Shown: positions 60,930-64,000 of the stretch, one piece after another
Numbering within the stretch: the first letter of the stretch is position 1
Layout of the letters: the number at the start of each line of letters is the position of its first letter
Made by a program: the position numbers and the translations under genes
Notes under the pieces: generated by a model
What the model was told of the DNA's origin: nothing
Seen by the model: the letters and a program-made list of their open reading frames with translations, nothing else
Databases searched by the model: none
Origin: Dehalococcoidia bacterium
GTDB lineage: Bacteria > Chloroflexota > Dehalococcoidia > Plut-88900
DNA length: 64,000 nucleotides
NCBI GenBank assembly: GCA_965207225.1
Contig: CBDBLV010000005.1
Coordinates: 192,001-256,000, forward strand
Direction of reading: 5' to 3'

Positions 60930-62108
60930 CTAGGCACCCCTGGGGAGGCCGAGGCCGCGGGTGGCGATTATGTTTCGCTGAACGTCGGCGGTGCCACCGG
61001 CTATATTAACACCAATGGTCTCAAGATACATGTGCCTCATGCCGCCTTCCAGGGCGACGTACTTAGAATCGGCCCGCAGCTGGCCGGTGAGGCCCATGAC
61101 CTGCATGCCGGCTTCGCTGAAGCGCCTGAGCATGGCGGTGCTGTAGACCTTGGCGATGGAGCCTGCGGAGTCGGGGGCGTGGCCATTGGCGGCGAGCCAC
61201 GCGACCCGGTAGCAGAGCATCCGTGAGACCTCGATGTCGATGGCGGCGTCGGCGAGCTTGCTGCGGACCCGTGGATCGTCGATTAGCCGGGCGCCGTTGA
61301 CCTTGGTGTCGCGGGCGTAGTCGACGAGTTCCTCCAAGGCCCGACGTGCGGCTGCGGGCCATTCGACGGTGGAGCGTTCGAAGCCGAGAAGGGTCATGGC
61401 GACGTACCACCCCCGGTTCACCTCCCCGACGATGTCGCGCTTGTTGACCCGGACGTTGTCGAAAAAGACCTCGTTGAAGGAGTGGCGGCCGGTGGCGCTG
61501 ACGATGGGCCGGACCTCGACGCCGGGGTCTTTCATGTCGCCCATGAAAAAGGTGATGCCGCGGTGCTTGGGGGCGTCGGGGTCGGTGCGGGCCAGCATGA
61601 AGAAGCGGTCGGCGTGGTGGGCGCCGCTGGTCCAGATCTTCTGGCCGGTGATCACGTAGTCGTCACCATCCTCGACGGCGCGGGTCTGGAGGGATGCGAG
61701 GTCGGAGCCGGAGCCGGGCTCGCTGAAGCCCTGGCACCAGTTGATGCGGCCCTCGGCGATGGCGGGGAGATACTTGCGCTTCTGCTCCTCGGTGCCGTGC
61801 ATCATGAGCGCGGGCCCGAGCATACCTATGCCGAAGGCGTCCTTGCCGGGTGAGCGGTGGTAGGCCATCTCCTCGTTGAAGACGAGCTGGGTGATGGGCG
61901 AGGCGCCCTGGCCTCCATACTCTTTGGGCCAGCCGAGGGTGAGCCAGCCGCGGTCGGCGAGCTTGCGGCGCATCTTCCTTGCCAGGTCGGAGTCCTCGTC
62001 TGCGGTCTCGATGAGGCCGTAGCGCCACTTGCGCGGCAGTTCCTCTTTCAGGAATGTGCGAAGTTCTTCCCGGAAGGCGTCTTCTTCTCTGGTGAATTTG
62101 TATTGCAT
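60930..62108 (-). CDS. Acyl-CoA dehydrogenase family protein (alpha-type subunit)
   Basis: WCQGFSEPGSGSDLASL, GQKIWTS, FNEVFFDNV, GGT.DVQRNII. Confidence 0.93.
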   Translation of the reverse strand: MQYKFTREEDAFREELRTFLKEELPRKWRYGLIETADEDSDLARKMRRKLADRGWLTLGWPKEYGGQGASPITQLVFNEEMAYHRSPGKDAFGIGMLGPALMMHGTEEQKRKYLPAIAEGRINWCQGFSEPGSGSDLASLQTRAVEDGDDYVITGQKIWTSGAHHADRFFMLARTDPDAPKHRGITFFMGDMKDPGVEVRPIVSATGRHSFNEVFFDNVRVNKRDIVGEVNRGWYVAMTLLGFERSTVEWPAAARRALEELVDYARDTKVNGARLIDDPRVRSKLADAAIDIEVSRMLCYRVAWLAANGHAPDSAGSIAKVYSTAMLRRFSEAGMQVMGLTGQLRADSKYVALEGGMRHMYLETIGVNIAGGTADVQRNIIATRGLGLPRGA

Positions 62109-62252
62109 GGCTACCCTTGCCCTCTGTGTCCCCCTTTCCCTTCCTAAGGGAGAGGGGGAATATATAAGTTCTGGGGGGTGTCCCCCCAGTCCCCCCTACC
62201 AAAGGGGCAGAGCCCCTCTGGACTCCCCGTCAGTGAGATTCTATTCAGGGGA

Positions 62253-62321
62253 TTACGTACCTCTCGGGAGCCCGAGGCCCCGGGTGGCAATTATATTACG
62301 TTGCACCTCGGAGGTGCCGCC
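62253..62321 (-). pseudogene. Displaced 3' end of acyl-CoA dehydrogenase gene (GGTSEVQRNIIATRGLGLPRGT*)
   Basis: Encodes the same peptide as 63237-63305 with synonymous differences. Confidence 0.85.
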
Positions 62322-62417
62322 TCTCCCCCCGCTCATAATTCGACGGGGCTTGGTGGGAGCGGCCCCACCCCACGGGAGATGGAATCCCGATCGAGGTCGG
62401 GAATGACTGGAAGGGGG

Positions 62418-62837
62418 TTAGGGTGGGGGTGGAGTGCGCTCCAGGGCCGACAGGAATCTAGGTGCGTTGAGGATACTGGCGCCGTGATGTTCCTCCAGGG
62501 GCATTAGATGTTTTCGGTCGCCGGTGACCAGGTATTGGGCATTTGCGGACGACACACATTCCAGGATTCGGTTGTCGGGGTGGCCGTCCTGGACCACATC
62601 TGGGCGCCGCTGAGGTTCAATGATGCGAGCGGCGTTCCGCAGTGCGCTGAGAGCCTGAGCCGAACGTTCTTCGGCCCAACCGAACTTGCGCTCGAGCACC
62701 CCCGAGACCTCGTCCAGGATGAAGGTGGATAGGCACAGTTCAAAACGTCCCCTGAGGGCCAGTTCGAGAACTAGGCGCTCGTTGCCCGGGAAGTTCAAGC
62801 CCGAGACTATGACGTTGGTGTCGAGGACGACTCTCAC
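62418..62837 (-). CDS. PIN-domain VapC-like toxin
   Basis: VVLDTNV, DNRILEC, LVTGD..HL; GTG start overlaps antitoxin stop. Confidence 0.9.
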   Translation of the reverse strand: MRVVLDTNVIVSGLNFPGNERLVLELALRGRFELCLSTFILDEVSGVLERKFGWAEERSAQALSALRNAARIIEPQRRPDVVQDGHPDNRILECVSSANAQYLVTGDRKHLMPLEEHHGASILNAPRFLSALERTPPPP

Positions 62838-63091
62838 GTACGGGAGGAGGCGACTTCGGTCCGGTACTCTTCCACGAGGCGGGCCACGTCCTCGGGGCCC
62901 AGGCCTTTCTCCCTGGCCCGCTCTTCTCCGTACCGGAGCAGTTGCCTCCACTCGCATTCCTCGATGTAGCGGAGCACGGCCTCCCGGAGGAACTCGCTCC
63001 TGGAGCGTCTCTGTTGCTTCATGGCCTCGTCCACGCGTTTGGCCATGTCTGGGGGGAGGGAGAAGGTGATGGTCTTTGTACTTCGCGGCAC
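62834..63091 (-). CDS. CopG/RHH antitoxin
   Basis: TITFSLP...SRSEFLREAV RHH pattern. Confidence 0.88.
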   Translation of the reverse strand: MPRSTKTITFSLPPDMAKRVDEAMKQQRRSRSEFLREAVLRYIEECEWRQLLRYGEERAREKGLGPEDVARLVEEYRTEVASSRT

Positions 63092-63236
63092 GTTCTTCTC
63101 TACTTACCGAGTCTTACCAAGATAATGCAAGATGACAATCTATGTGTCAAGCAGGGTAGGTTCATCCCCACCCCCCCTGCTCATACTTCGACTACGCTCA
63201 GCATGAGCCGCCCCACCCCAGAGTTGCTGACCCTCC

Positions 63237-64000
63237 CTAAGTTCCCCTCGGGAGGCCGAGGCCGCGTGTGGCGATTATGTTGCGTTGCACCTCGGAGGTG
63301 CCGCCGCCTATTGCCTCGCTGATGCTCCAGAGGTAGAGCTTACGGAACCTGCCTCGGAGGGGGGCCCATTTAGAGTCCTCAACCAGCTGGCCCATGAGGC
63401 CGAGTACCTGCATCCCGGTGTTGGCGACCCGTAGCAGTAGCTCGGTGCTGAAGAGCTTGGATATGGAGGCCTCCTGCTGGGGCTCGAGGCCGTGGTCTGC
63501 CATCCAGGCGATTCGGTAGGCGAGAAGGCGGCTCACCTCAGTCTCCACAAGCCTGTCGGCGAGACGGTGGCGAAGGGTGGGGGAGAGTGCGTTGTCAGCA
63601 CCGTCAGTTTTGAGAAGGTCGATTAGCAGGTCCAGGGGCTTTCGGGCCTTGGCGGTGTAGGTAGTGCCGTCCCGTTCGAAGTTGAGGGTGGTCATGGCGA
63701 CGTACCAGCCCCGGTTGACTTCCCCGATGACGTTTTCGCTCGGGACACGGACGTTGTCAAAGTACTCCTCGTTGAAGTGGTGGTCGCCGACCATGTTGAT
63801 GATGGGGCGGATGGTGATGCCCGGGGTCTTGAGGTCGACGAGGAAGAAAGTGATGCCGCGGTGCTTAGGGGCGTCGGGGTCCGTGCGGGCGAGGAGGAAC
63901 ATCCAGTCGGAGCGGTGGGCCTCGCTGGACCATATCTTCTGGCCGGTGATGAGGTAGTCGTCGCCGTCCTTGACTGCTCGGGTCTGAAGGGAGGCGAGGT
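63237..64000 (-). CDS. Acyl-CoA dehydrogenase family protein (5' end outside window)
   Basis: LASLQTRA, GQKIWS, FNEEYFDNV, GGTSEVQRNII; frame open to window edge. Confidence 0.92.
   Translation of the reverse strand, partial: LASLQTRAVKDGDDYLITGQKIWSSEAHRSDWMFLLARTDPDAPKHRGITFFLVDLKTPGITIRPIINMVGDHHFNEEYFDNVRVPSENVIGEVNRGWYVAMTTLNFERDGTTYTAKARKPLDLLIDLLKTDGADNALSPTLRHRLADRLVETEVSRLLAYRIAWMADHGLEPQQEASISKLFSTELLLRVANTGMQVLGLMGQLVEDSKWAPLRGRFRKLYLWSISEAIGGGTSEVQRNIIATRGLGLPRGT

Overview
GC-rich bacterial chromosome segment. Gene content suggests Chloroflexota, class Dehalococcoidia, SAR202-like (Chlor_Arch_YYY/DUF2298 glycosyltransferase, T-box ileS, SDR and acyl-CoA dehydrogenase paralog expansions); this taxonomy is an inference. 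Most of the window is housekeeping and metabolism (menG, acsA, ADP-forming acyl-CoA synthetase, ileS, rph, gap, eno, msrB, HIT, YqeK), dotted with palindromic intergenic repeats and small accessory cassettes (TumE-TumA-like and VapBC TA pairs, a type II R-M pair, a HATPase/STAS pair). The main finding is an apparently intact, minimal phage-head and DNA-packaging gene set split into two convergent operons. One holds scaffold, major capsid, head-tail adaptor and tail/hub protein (35107-39105, +); the other holds small terminase-like, small membrane protein, large terminase and portal (47473-51287, -). No integrase, replication, repressor or endolysin gene is recognisable, host genes lie between the halves, and both promoters carry LexA-like boxes, so this is a candidate gene transfer agent or domesticated phage particle. 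Also notable: a SelW/Rdx selenoprotein, two cassettes flanked by displaced duplicates of a neighbouring gene end, an IleRS2 with a swapped GIHH motif, a repeat family with sequence-variable but structure-conserved hairpins, and a candidate structured ncRNA.
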